A DNA stretch of 64,000 nucleotides from an uncultured Candidatus Entotheonella sp. Its GTDB lineage: Bacteria; Tectomicrobia; Entotheonellia; Entotheonellales; Entotheonellaceae. The stretch is taken from the NCBI GenBank assembly GCA_965217185.1, contig OZ244252.1, forward strand, positions 3,008,001 to 3,072,000, in the 5' to 3' direction. Within the stretch, counting starts at the first letter, position 1; every line of letters starts with the position of its first letter. The notes below the pieces were generated by a model. That model worked only from the letters and a program-made list of their open reading frames with translations, was not told the origin of the DNA and searched no databases. Positions 1 through 9,662 of the stretch are shown here, in pieces. The position numbers and the translations under genes are program-made.

Positions 1-636
1 CTGCTTCTGCAGGTATTCCAGGCTCTTGTGATACCACTCTTCGGGGATTTTGTGGCTCTCGCCGAGGTAGTGCAGGACGGAATCCAGCGTCAGGATTGAA
101 ACCAGGTTGATACCAAGGTGTTTCAAGCGCGCCTGGCCGCCCTCCTGACGGTCGAGCAGAACCAGCGCGTCGCGTACCAACAGGCCCTCCTGTTGCAGGG
201 TGGCGGTGGTATGCGCGATGCTGCGGCCGCCCGTCACCAAGTCGTCGATGATGAGCACGCGCTGCCCGACTTCGTAGGCGCCTTCGATGATGCCGGTTTG
301 GCCGTTATGGGTGGGCTTGACGTAGATCAGCGGCGTTCCGGAAATCAGCGAGAACGCCGTGGCCAAGTGGAGACCGCCAAGGGGAATGCCGGCGACGAGA
401 TCATAGGCCGCCAAGTGCGGATGCCGCATGGCCTGGAGGGTCTGCACCTCTGCCAACATGACCTCGGCAGCGCGCCGCAGCGCTTTGGGGTTGCTGATCA
501 ACCGGCGCAGATTGACGTATACCGGCGAGTTTACGGCGGTTTCCCCGAGGGAAAAGTTGCCAAACTGCACGCCGTCGAGAGTCCAGAGTTCCTCGGCCAG
601 CCACAAATTGGCTACCCGCTTGTCTCCTGAGGCCAT
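1..636 (-). CDS. pyrE: Orotate phosphoribosyltransferase-like PRTase (3' end runs off the window)
   Basis: Not in the ORF track because there is no stop in the window. Manual translation from ATG at 636 gives MASGDKRV...QFGNFSL...SPVYVNLRRL...VLIIDDLVTGGRS (PRPP-binding motif)...LLDRQEGG. Confidence 0.8.
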   Translation of the reverse strand, partial: MASGDKRVANLWLAEELWTLDGVQFGNFSLGETAVNSPVYVNLRRLISNPKALRRAAEVMLAEVQTLQAMRHPHLAAYDLVAGIPLGGLHLATAFSLISGTPLIYVKPTHNGQTGIIEGAYEVGQRVLIIDDLVTGGRSIAHTTATLQQEGLLVRDALVLLDRQEGGQARLKHLGINLVSILTLDSVLHYLGESHKIPEEWYHKSLEYLQKQ

Positions 637-729
637 CTAGCACGATCCTTTCGCTGCGAGACAATGTTCTGATACAGAGGGGTCACTCTTTACCACAGGA
701 AGACCATCCGTTCAATGGAGGGCACAACC

Positions 730-1767
730 ATGAGCTGGCGCGAGCTTCCCATTCCGGAACATTTCGATCCCGACACGGTTGGCCAGGTGTGGCGCGTGCC
801 GTACGGCGAACGCGCCGGGCAGGCGACGGCCTGGGCCGAGCAGCACGGCATCGAGCCTGCGGCTGCCGACGAGAAACGGATTTGCCTGTTGGCTATCGAC
901 GTGCAGAACACCTTCTGCCTGCCGGATTTCGAGTTGTTCGTCGGCGGGCGTTCGGGACGCGGCGCCGTCGAGGATAATGCCCGCCTGTGCGCCTTCATCT
1001 ACCGCAATCTCGGATCGATCACCGAAATCCATCCCACCCTCGACACCCACACCGCCATGCAGATCTTCCACCCAGTGTTCCTGGTCGATGCAAACGGCGA
1101 GCATCCGCAACCCATGACGCCGGTGTCGGTCGAGGACGTCGAAAACGGCGTCTGGAAGGTGAACCCGGCGGTCGCCGACAGCGTATCGGGCGGCAACGTC
1201 GATGCCTTGCAGCGACACTTGCTGCACTACTGCCGCAAGCTGAGCGATTCGGGCAAATACATGCTGATGATCTGGCCCTACCACTCGATTCTGGGCGGCA
1301 TCGGCCACTGTCTGGTCTCGGCGGTGGAGGAGGCGCTGTTCTTCCACAATCTCGCACGCCACAGCCAAACAGGTTTCGAGATCAAGGGCGGCAACCCGCT
1401 CACCGAGAACTATTCCGTGCTGCGGCCCGAGGTTCTAGACAACTCGGACGGGCAGCCCATCGCCCAAAAAAACGACCGCCTGGTGAACAAGCTGCTGGAG
1501 TTTGATGCGTTGATCATCGCCGGGCAGGCCAAGAGCCATTGCGTGGCGTGGACTGTCGCCGATCTGCTCGACGACATCGAGGCGCTGGACCCGACGCTGG
1601 CCCACAAGGTTTATCTGCTTGAGGATTGCACGTCACCGGTGGTGGTGCCGGGGGTGATCGACTTCACCGATGACGCTGACGTGGCGTACCAACGCTTCGC
1701 CGATGCCGGCATGCACCGGGTGCAGTCCACCACCGCGATGGCCGATTGGCCCGATCTGCCGCAGTAG
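730..1767 (+). CDS. Isochorismatase/nicotinamidase-family cysteine hydrolase
   Basis: [17 protein letters not shown] and AGQAKSHCV motifs. GGAGG lies upstream of ATG 730. Confidence 0.8.
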   Translation: MSWRELPIPEHFDPDTVGQVWRVPYGERAGQATAWAEQHGIEPAAADEKRICLLAIDVQNTFCLPDFELFVGGRSGRGAVEDNARLCAFIYRNLGSITEIHPTLDTHTAMQIFHPVFLVDANGEHPQPMTPVSVEDVENGVWKVNPAVADSVSGGNVDALQRHLLHYCRKLSDSGKYMLMIWPYHSILGGIGHCLVSAVEEALFFHNLARHSQTGFEIKGGNPLTENYSVLRPEVLDNSDGQPIAQKNDRLVNKLLEFDALIIAGQAKSHCVAWTVADLLDDIEALDPTLAHKVYLLEDCTSPVVVPGVIDFTDDADVAYQRFADAGMHRVQSTTAMADWPDLPQ

Positions 1768-1784
1768 CCGCTCATTGCCCGGCC

Positions 1785-3167
1785 CTAACGCACGCCGTTG
1801 CCGGCCAGGGAATTGCGCATCACCCGGTCGGAGAAGGTTCGGAAGTCCGCGAACGCCCCCCGCAGGTAGGTCAGACGCTCCGCGTCGGTCACCCCCTCGT
1901 GCAGCGGATCGACCCCGTCATCCATGGCCTGAAACTCCGGCTCCGGCTCGTCCTGCAGCGTGATGGGGGCGCTGTACCAGCGGCCGCTCCGGTATAGGTA
2001 TCGCTGCTCCCCCGCCACGAAGGCAAATTGGTTGTAGCGAAACCGCGCGTGCGTGCGGCCGCGGTTGTTGTACCAATAGGACTGCATGACCGGCACCGAC
2101 CGCCAGGGCTCGTCCGGCAGCGACACCAGAGCCGGGTCGCGGTCGCCGGCGGCCCGCAGTATGGAGCCGAAGATATCCCGCGCCGATACAGGCTGGTGCT
2201 CGATGCGCGGCGCTTCGCCGTCGGGCGACAGCCAGAATAGCGGCACGCGATTCCCGGCGTCGTTGACGTTCGAGAAGTGGTACTGCCAGCCCTGCTCGCC
2301 GAAATTGTCTCCATGATCCGAGGCGAACACCACCAAGCTCTCGTTCTGTTCCCGCATCTCCTGAATGAACGCGTCCAGACCCGGCGCCATGCGTTCCCAC
2401 GACCGCCGCTGCCGCCGTCGCAACAGTGCCAGCATGTCCGGCCGGATGTAATCCTTCTTGCCCAGCAGCCGCGTCTGGTTCACCAGATGGTACAGGCTGT
2501 ACAGTTCCCGCGCCTTGTTCCAATACCCCGACGCCGAGGTGCTGAAATAGTCGCCGATGTGATACGGGAAGTGCGACTCCATCAGGTTGAGGAACAGAAA
2601 GGTGCGCGCCCCACGGCTCTCGTTGGCCCGGAGGATTGCCCGCGCCCGCTCGAAAACCGCCTGCATAGTCGATTGCAGCCACACTTCGGCGGCTTGCAGG
2701 TCCTCGCTGAGGCTGCCCAGCAGCAGGTCCTTGGAGAGCAGCTTGCGGCGCAGGCGCGGCTTGCCGATTATCGCCAGCAGACCGAACAGGCTCCTGTGCC
2801 GCGCCGGCACCAGGTGCCAGATGCGGTCAACGGTCTCGAAGCCGCGGCTGAGGCCGAAAATATCGGTGGTCACCACGTTGGCCGTTACCATGTGGGTACG
2901 GTATCCGAGGGTGCGCAGGCGTTCGGGCAGGCGCGGCACGTGTTGGTAGATGTCGCGCGTTTGCCCGGTGGCGCCGTGCTCGTGAGGCATGAGGCCGGTG
3001 AACATCGAGGCGGTGGCCGGCAGCGTCCAGCAGCCGCCGGAGCGCGCCTGGTCAAACCGCACCGCGCGCGGCGCCGTGTACGGCAGCCGATGGTCGCCCC
3101 CGGCGTGCACGGAATCCCAACGCAGGCTGTCGGCCACCAGCAGCACGATGTTCTTCGGCGTGTCCAT
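1785..3167 (-). CDS. Sulfatase-like (alkaline phosphatase superfamily) hydrolase/transferase
   Basis: N-terminal NIVLLVADSLRWD, WTLPATASMFTG, ESHFPY and SDHG motifs. RBS GAGGAG before MDTPK. Confidence 0.8.
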   Translation of the reverse strand: MDTPKNIVLLVADSLRWDSVHAGGDHRLPYTAPRAVRFDQARSGGCWTLPATASMFTGLMPHEHGATGQTRDIYQHVPRLPERLRTLGYRTHMVTANVVTTDIFGLSRGFETVDRIWHLVPARHRSLFGLLAIIGKPRLRRKLLSKDLLLGSLSEDLQAAEVWLQSTMQAVFERARAILRANESRGARTFLFLNLMESHFPYHIGDYFSTSASGYWNKARELYSLYHLVNQTRLLGKKDYIRPDMLALLRRRQRRSWERMAPGLDAFIQEMREQNESLVVFASDHGDNFGEQGWQYHFSNVNDAGNRVPLFWLSPDGEAPRIEHQPVSARDIFGSILRAAGDRDPALVSLPDEPWRSVPVMQSYWYNNRGRTHARFRYNQFAFVAGEQRYLYRSGRWYSAPITLQDEPEPEFQAMDDGVDPLHEGVTDAERLTYLRGAFADFRTFSDRVMRNSLAGNGVR

Positions 3168-3181
3168 GCGTGGTCTCCTCG

Positions 3182-5548
3182 TTACGCCGGGAGCGGCGCT
3201 TCCGTCCGGGCTTCGGCCGTCCGCCATTCGGTCTGCAATTCTCTGCCGTGCGGGGAAAATCCGAACAGATCATCAGGGGAAAAGACGCGCGCAAAATCGT
3301 CGGCATGGAAGAACACGGCAAACTTGCGCGCGCACTCGTCGAGGCGCCGCAGGTAATAATCGGTGTTCTCGTCGGGTTGCGCCGAGTCCCAGGCGGACAC
3401 CAGACGCGCGTTGTCGAAGGCGGTGACGTGGGCGCCGCTGCCGGTAACGTAATAGGCGATCTGCTCGCCCTTGCGCACCGCCTGCCCGGTGTCGCGTTCG
3501 CGGGCGATGGCCAATTCGTAGGCCGCCGCCCGCGTGCGCCGTTTGGCCGCCACGTCGGCCAGATACTGCGCCTCGTTCTCCTTCAGCGTTTCGGTGCGGG
3601 CGAAATCCTCCGCGCTCCACTCGTGCCGCAAGAGCCGCGCCCGCGTAGCCGTGTACAGATCGTGCAGCCCTTGCACGTCCTCAGCCAGCAGCAAACCAAT
3701 GGCTTCCAGAACAAAGCGTCGGCCAAAGGGCTCCATGGCCCGCGACACCAGGGACGAGCCCTTGCACTGCACCCGGCCGTCATACGTGAGCAGGGCGTAG
3801 TTCTTGACCTTGTACGACAGCATGCGGCGGTAGCGGCCGTCGTAGCCCAGGCGGATGCCGGGCGGCATTTGACGGTTGATGCCATCGACAAAGGCTCGCT
3901 CGGCCTCTTCGCCCTCAATGCTGGGCGGCGGCACGAACAGAACGCCGTCGGTGTCCACCTCGATCAATCTGCCGCCGCCCGCGCGGATGGCGTCGATGAC
4001 CCGCCGGATGATCTCCTGCCCGATGCGGGCCACACGGTCCGCAGCGGCGAAATCGTTGAACAGCGCGACGCTGAAGCCGAGCTGCCCGTAGAAACTGTTG
4101 ATCAATATCTTATAGGAACTCTGTTGCGCGTCCAGGGCGCTGGCGTCCGCGCGCCGGGTGGCCGCCCGCATGCGTTGCTTGGCGTCCAGGCGCAGGCCGG
4201 TGAGGCGGCGCAGCAGAACCTGGAAGAGCCCCAGGTCGTCCGTTTCGGGATGCACGTCGTAGTTCAGCATGATCGAGGGGTACAAGCTTTCCACGTCGGC
4301 GTAGACGATGGGGCCGACGACACCGGTGGCGAAAATGTTTACGTAACCGCCGCGCATGTGGCTGCCCATGCCGCTGCCGCTCGGCAGGGATTGCTTCTGC
4401 CGCAGATAGGCGCGCACCATGAGCGCCTCGATCTTGGCGGCGGGGCCGGTGCGGGCGACCTGTCCGTAGGGCATCGGCACCATTCGGGTGAGGTAGAACG
4501 CCGATCCGGAGAGCAGGCGGGCCAGGCGTTCGGTCTCCACCACATCGTGGCGGGCGTAGTCGATGAGCCGTTCCGGGTCGCTGTGCCAAACCTGCGAAAT
4601 CTCCTCCCCCTTCACGTAGGTCCGGTCGTCCGCCTGCAGGCCGAAATAGCGCGCCGCGGCTTTCAGGCCGTAGCCCGGCAGGTCGCGCTTGAACACGTCG
4701 AACGCCATCACCTGCAGATACGTGTCGATGACGTGCCGGCCGGCGATGTCCATCGCGGGCAGGTCCACCGAGCGCTCGGCAAACCGCATGGCGGCGCCGA
4801 ACGTGCGCGGCGCCGAGCCGTCGCGGCCCACGGCGAAGGCAACGCCGTGCCGGGCGCAGCGGGCCGTGATGTAGGCCAGGTCGAAGGCGTAGATGTTGTG
4901 CCCTTCGATGATGTCCGGGTCGCGCTCACGAATCGTTCGCACCAACTGCTCCAGCATCGCCTTCTCGGACAACTCCCGCGCGTCGATGATCTCGTGCCAG
5001 CCGCGGTTGTCGCTCAGCGCAATGATGACGATGCGGTCCTCGGGCCGTTGGGCGTGCGGGAACGTCCCCGGCTTCGACACCACTTCGATGTCGAGCTGCA
5101 TGCGGTGCAGGCCGTCGAACGGCATGTCCTTGAACAGCGTTCTGCCGCTTTGCATCAGGTACTGCTGCGTCGGGTTGGCGATGCGGTAGACGCTGGCGTC
5201 CGGCTGCGCTTGCAGGTGCCGCACGGCGTCGTGGTAGGCCGACCAGGTGTCGAAAACGACGAGGTGTCGGTAGGCATGCCGACCCTGCAGCGTCTGGCAA
5301 CGGAAGCGCTGACGCGGAAACCCGCGCAGCGCCTGCAGGTCGGTGAGAAACAGGAAGGGATAATAGGGGACGTCCGCGACGGTCAGCGCGCCGTTTCGCT
5401 CGCCGCGCTGGTACACCCGCATCAGGGCCTGATCGGTGCCGTTCCCCTGCCGCAGCGGGTGCAGTGCGACCAGTCGCGGCGTCGGGTCGTGCCCGAACAG
5501 CACGGCATCAGAGGTTGTCGAATTCTGCATGGGCAGGGTCATGGACAC
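3182..5548 (-). CDS. polB: Family B DNA polymerase with 3'-5' exonuclease
   Basis: Exo I LDIE, Exo II GHNIYAFD, Exo III YARHD; polymerase motifs DVESLYPSI, KILINSFYG and DTDG. Confidence 0.93.
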   Translation of the reverse strand: MSMTLPMQNSTTSDAVLFGHDPTPRLVALHPLRQGNGTDQALMRVYQRGERNGALTVADVPYYPFLFLTDLQALRGFPRQRFRCQTLQGRHAYRHLVVFDTWSAYHDAVRHLQAQPDASVYRIANPTQQYLMQSGRTLFKDMPFDGLHRMQLDIEVVSKPGTFPHAQRPEDRIVIIALSDNRGWHEIIDARELSEKAMLEQLVRTIRERDPDIIEGHNIYAFDLAYITARCARHGVAFAVGRDGSAPRTFGAAMRFAERSVDLPAMDIAGRHVIDTYLQVMAFDVFKRDLPGYGLKAAARYFGLQADDRTYVKGEEISQVWHSDPERLIDYARHDVVETERLARLLSGSAFYLTRMVPMPYGQVARTGPAAKIEALMVRAYLRQKQSLPSGSGMGSHMRGGYVNIFATGVVGPIVYADVESLYPSIMLNYDVHPETDDLGLFQVLLRRLTGLRLDAKQRMRAATRRADASALDAQQSSYKILINSFYGQLGFSVALFNDFAAADRVARIGQEIIRRVIDAIRAGGGRLIEVDTDGVLFVPPPSIEGEEAERAFVDGINRQMPPGIRLGYDGRYRRMLSYKVKNYALLTYDGRVQCKGSSLVSRAMEPFGRRFVLEAIGLLLAEDVQGLHDLYTATRARLLRHEWSAEDFARTETLKENEAQYLADVAAKRRTRAAAYELAIARERDTGQAVRKGEQIAYYVTGSGAHVTAFDNARLVSAWDSAQPDENTDYYLRRLDECARKFAVFFHADDFARVFSPDDLFGFSPHGRELQTEWRTAEARTEAPLPA

Positions 5549-5589
5549 TGGCCTTTGACGTTCAGAACAGAATCGTGGAACGCTCTAAG

Positions 5590-5979
5590 TCATTGCAATT
5601 TGGGATGCGTATTGATTTCTACCTCGGCCTTGGCTTCCACGGTCTCGGATGCGGCATCCGCGGCGTAAGCCTTGAGCGATTCGGCCAACATTTGGGCAAC
5701 AAAAAGAATAACGGCCACGTCATCGAGCAGGCCGCCTCCTGGGATGAAATCCGGCACGGCGTCCAAGGGGGAAATCAGATAGATGAGGGAGCCAACGGCG
5801 GTTGCTTTCTTGCCCCACGCGACGTCCGGGTCCTTTATGAACCGCCACAGCACCTGCACCTTGTCCCATATTTTCACGATGGGGCCTCGGTTCATGGCGC
5901 CGAGTTTCCCGGCAATCACCGGGATGTCCTTCAGGGAGGCTCGCTTTGCGAATTTCCTCAGCAGTGCCATTTTTCCCAT
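5590..5979 (-). CDS. YkvA/DUF1232 family membrane protein
   Basis: YLISPLDAVPDFIPGGGLLDD signature; RBS GAGGAG. Confidence 0.88.
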   Translation of the reverse strand: MGKMALLRKFAKRASLKDIPVIAGKLGAMNRGPIVKIWDKVQVLWRFIKDPDVAWGKKATAVGSLIYLISPLDAVPDFIPGGGLLDDVAVILFVAQMLAESLKAYAADAASETVEAKAEVEINTHPKLQ

Positions 5980-6002
5980 ACCGCTTGTTCTCCTCAAGGC
6001 GC

Positions 6003-6245
6003 TCAACTTGGCAGACGCGTAGAGGCATCCAATACCGTAACCCCTACGATCTGGTTATCCCGGTAGCGTAACAGGAAGCCTTCATCCGTCATGTCCGTAT
6101 CCGTGGCCTGCTGCGGGCGCGCAAAGCTGATATAGAGCACATCAGCCTCCCGGTCATAATCCACCCAATACCGCGACGCCGGAAAATCAAAAGGTACCGC
6201 CCGCGCGAGCGACAGAGCCTGCTCAGGGGTCAGGACCTGCTCCAT
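6003..6245 (-). CDS. DUF2283-family putative antitoxin
   Basis: YDREADVLYISF...IVGVTVLDAS pattern; overlaps the upstream small gene. Confidence 0.8.
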   Translation of the reverse strand: MEQVLTPEQALSLARAVPFDFPASRYWVDYDREADVLYISFARPQQATDTDMTDEGFLLRYRDNQIVGVTVLDASTRLPS

Positions 6246-6529
6246 AGGGCCTTCCTCCTGTCCATGTTATGTGTGAAATACGCCGTAATGATAAAACCGT
6301 CTTCGGCGGACACCTGGCGATAGACAACCATCAGATATCGCTGGTGCCCGTAGTTCCGCACCGCAACCAGCGAGCCTCGATAACCACGAAGGATAAGATC
6401 GGGGTTCTCAACAGAGTCGAGCACATCCTCGTAATATCCCGCAAGGTCATCATGATTTTCGACAATATGAAACCACCGCTCATGAGTCAAACGGATTGGC
6501 ACCCCATCTATAGATATGGCAACATCCAT
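6230..6529 (-). CDS. Putative RelE/BrnT-fold toxin partnered with DUF2283
   Basis: 99 aa; IRLTHERWFHIVENH and GFIITAY; lies directly upstream of the DUF2283 gene. Confidence 0.65.
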   Translation of the reverse strand: MDVAISIDGVPIRLTHERWFHIVENHDDLAGYYEDVLDSVENPDLILRGYRGSLVAVRNYGHQRYLMVVYRQVSAEDGFIITAYFTHNMDRRKALWSRS

Positions 6530-6555
6530 CGTCGCACCCACAACAGGAAAAATCC

Positions 6556-9526
6556 ATGCCTCAAAAACCACACGGCCAGCAACCAGTGCCGCACCAGACC
6601 GAGCCGAACGCCAACGCCGCCCTGGGCTCCCTGCTTCAGCACAGGCTGCCCGGCTCCCAGGTGCGCTCCGAGAACACGCAGGTCATCGCCGGGCACGCCG
6701 GACAGCAGCCCGACATCCTGATCACCACCCCCGGCCATTCGCCCGTCGTCGTGGAAGCGGAATACCTCCCGGCTTATACGGCGGAGAACGATGCCAAGAA
6801 ACGCCTCGGCCTGTCCACGACCGTCGATTCCCGCCCCATGGAGGCCGTCGTCGCCCTGCGCTATCCCGAAGCCGTCAGCCAGGCCGACGACCTGCCCACC
6901 ACCTTGCGGGAAGCCGGGCTTTCCTATTGCATCCTCACGGAGGGCGACGGCGAGCAGCCGGCGCGCCGGTTCCCGGATTCCGGATTCCGGCTGGCTGGAC
7001 GGCTCGGTTGACGATCTCGCCGACCTCATTCGCCTGGCGTCCGTGCCGCAGCGGGCTGTGGACCAAGCCGCGCATGCGTTGGAACAGGGAATCGAAAATG
7101 TCGCCAGGGAACTGGACGCGATGGCCGCCCTGCGCCCGGGCATCAGCGCGGAAATCGCCCGGCTGCTGGGCATGAGCGACCTGCCTCAGACACGCCGCAT
7201 GGCCTGCGCCATCATCATCAACGCCATGACCTTCCACGACCGCATCGCCGGCATGCACCAGCATGTTCGCCCCCTGCGCACGGTGTGCGGCCCGGACGTT
7301 GCCAACCCACAAGCCCGCATCCTGGAAGCCTGGACGCACATCCTTACCATCAACTACTGGCCCATCTTCGCCATCGCCAAAGACCTCGTCGGGCAACTGC
7401 CAACCCATGAAGCAACGGGCATTCTACGCCTGTCGCAGCGCACCGCCGACAACGTCGCCGCCACCGGGGTCACCAACGCCCACGACCTCACCGGGCGCCT
7501 CTTCCAACGCCTCATCGCCGACCGCAAGTACCTGGCGACCTTCTACACCCTGCCTGCCTCCGCCGCCCTGCTGGCCCGTCTCGCCATCGCCAAGCTGGAA
7601 GGCGTGGACTGGCGCCGCGCGGACGCCATCGGCAGCCTGCGCGTCGGCGACTTCGCCTGCGGCACCGGCGCCTTGCTGTCCGCGGTGTACGACCAAATCG
7701 CGGCGCGGCACGAACGCGAAGGCGGCAATCTCGAAGCCCTGCATCCCGTCATCATGGAGGAGGTTCTGTACGGCTGCGACGTCATGCCCGCCGCCATCCA
7801 CATTACCAGTTCCACCCTTTCCGGGGCGCGGCCCAACGTCCGCTACGGCCATTCGCGCCTGTACGTCATGCCCTACGGACGGCAGCAGGACACGTACGTA
7901 CAAGCCAGGGCGGGGGCGTCCGAGGTCAAAATCGGCTCGCTGGAGTTGCTGGAATCCTCCAGCCAGATGGTGCTCATCAACACCACCGATCCGGCCCTGC
8001 GCACCGGCAGCAGCGGCGAGGAGACGTCCGACCAGATCACCGCCGACATCCCCGACGAGTGGTTCGACCTGGTCATCATGAACCCGCCGTTTACCCGGAA
8101 TACGACCCGTGAAGGCGCATACGCCGACACAATCAACGCGGCCTTTGCCGCTTTTGGGGCTAGTGAAGCGGACCAGCGGCAAATGGCAACCCGAATGGCG
8201 ATGCTCAAGGAAAACACCTGCTACCACGGTAACGCTGGCCTCGCTTCTGCCTTCGCTGCATTGGGCGACCGCAAGCTCAAGCCCGGCGGCGTGCTGGCCC
8301 TGGTTCTGCCCCTGTCGGTGGCCTCCGGGCTGTCTTGGCAGCGGTTTCGGGAACTGCTGGCGACCGGCTATACCGACTTGACCGTGTTGAGCCTTGCCGC
8401 CAGCGGCAGGGACATGTCCTTTTCGTCCGATACGGGCATGGCGGAGTGCTTGGTGATCGCCCGCAAGCGCAGGCCGGACGAAGCCCAGGCGCAACGGGCA
8501 ATGTTCGTCTCGCTGCACCGCCGACCGCAGGGGTTTGCTCACGCCAGCGCCATCGCCAAAGGCATCACCGGCTGCGATGCCGTCCGACAGATCGAGGATG
8601 GCCCGTACGACGGCACGCCCTTGATGATCGGCGACGACCCGGGCGGGCGGATCGGCAACCTGTTGACCGTTCCGAATGACGGCAGCGGCGAGAATTGGGG
8701 CGCGGTGCGCCTGCTGGATTATTCCCTTGCCCAGACGGCCTATGCCCTGTCTCATTCCCGACTATGGCTACCTGGCCAATCCACGGCGCTAGAACTGAAA
8801 ACCGATTTTCTGGATGCGGTTGGCAGACTCGGCATGTACCACCTCGACATCACCGGCCCGCCGCTGCGCGGCCCGTTCACCAAAACGACGCCCAGCCCGA
8901 CGGCAACCTACCCGGCGTTGTGGAACCACAACGCAGTGAACGAGACACGAATGGTCTGCACCCCCGATTCCCAACTGCTGGTCAGGCGCGGCATGGAAGC
9001 GAAGGCCGCCGAGGTGTGGGCAACCGCCAGCCGTGCCCATATCAACCTGGATTTTCGCTTCAATTCACAACCCCTGACAGCGGCTATCACCGAGCAACAA
9101 AGCATCGGCGGCAGGGCATGGCCAAACGTGATGTTTACGGATGCCCGCTTCGATTACCTATTCGCTTTGTGGTGCAATTCCACCCTGGGACTGCTGTCCT
9201 ACTGGTGGCACGCCAACAAACAGCAGCCCGGACGGGGAATAACCACCATCAGAGCGGTGGAATCCCTGCCCGTCCTGGACTTCCGAACCCTCAGCGACGC
9301 CCAGCTTCGGACCGCGCAAGCCATCTTTGACGAGTTCCGGGAATTGGGCCTGAAGCCCGCCTACCTCGCGGACGCCGACGCCAACCGCGCCTTGCTGGAC
9401 CGGCGGGTGGTGTGCGACCTGCTGGGATTCGACGAGGATACGTACGGCGCCGTGCGGCGCTTGGCCGCCAAATGGTGCGCCGAGCCGTCGGTGCATGGGG
9501 GGAAGAAACGGCCTGGAACGGGCTGA
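6556..9526 (+). pseudogene. Type IIG restriction-modification enzyme (nuclease + N6-adenine MTase + specificity region), frameshifted near 6973-6990
   Basis: ORF 6556-7011 carries the PD...EAE nuclease-like motif. The downstream frame carries DFACGTG (motif I) and NPPF (motif IV). Removing one CCGGATT copy fuses them into a 987-aa ORF (FPDSGWLDGS). Confidence 0.85.
6973..6990 (+). repeat. 7-bp tandem repeat (CCGGATT)2-CCGG at the R-M frameshift
   Basis: Direct reading: ccggatt ccggatt ccgg. Confidence 0.95.
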
Positions 9527-9662
9527 TTTGTGGACTGGCCGTTGACTTTTGACCTGCTTTACCGGGTTCTGAGGTAAGAACCGCAACCCGTCCCAGTTCA
9601 GGACTTGATATATCTACATGAGCAATCGGCTACAGACGAGTTTCGATCGTTGCCTAAAACTG

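Noticed and set aside
3182..5548. PolB as the marker of a pipolin, casposon or phage
   Set aside because: No integrase, Cas1, terminal repeats or structural genes; codon usage is host-like.
3170..5668. 832-aa + strand ORF and similar long ORFs (7424-8755, 14260-15912, 22365-24182, 27696-30092, 33399-34691, 59052-60302, 62022-63263)
   Set aside because: Antisense or alternate-frame shadows of motif-bearing genes, as expected in high-GC DNA; no motifs of their own.
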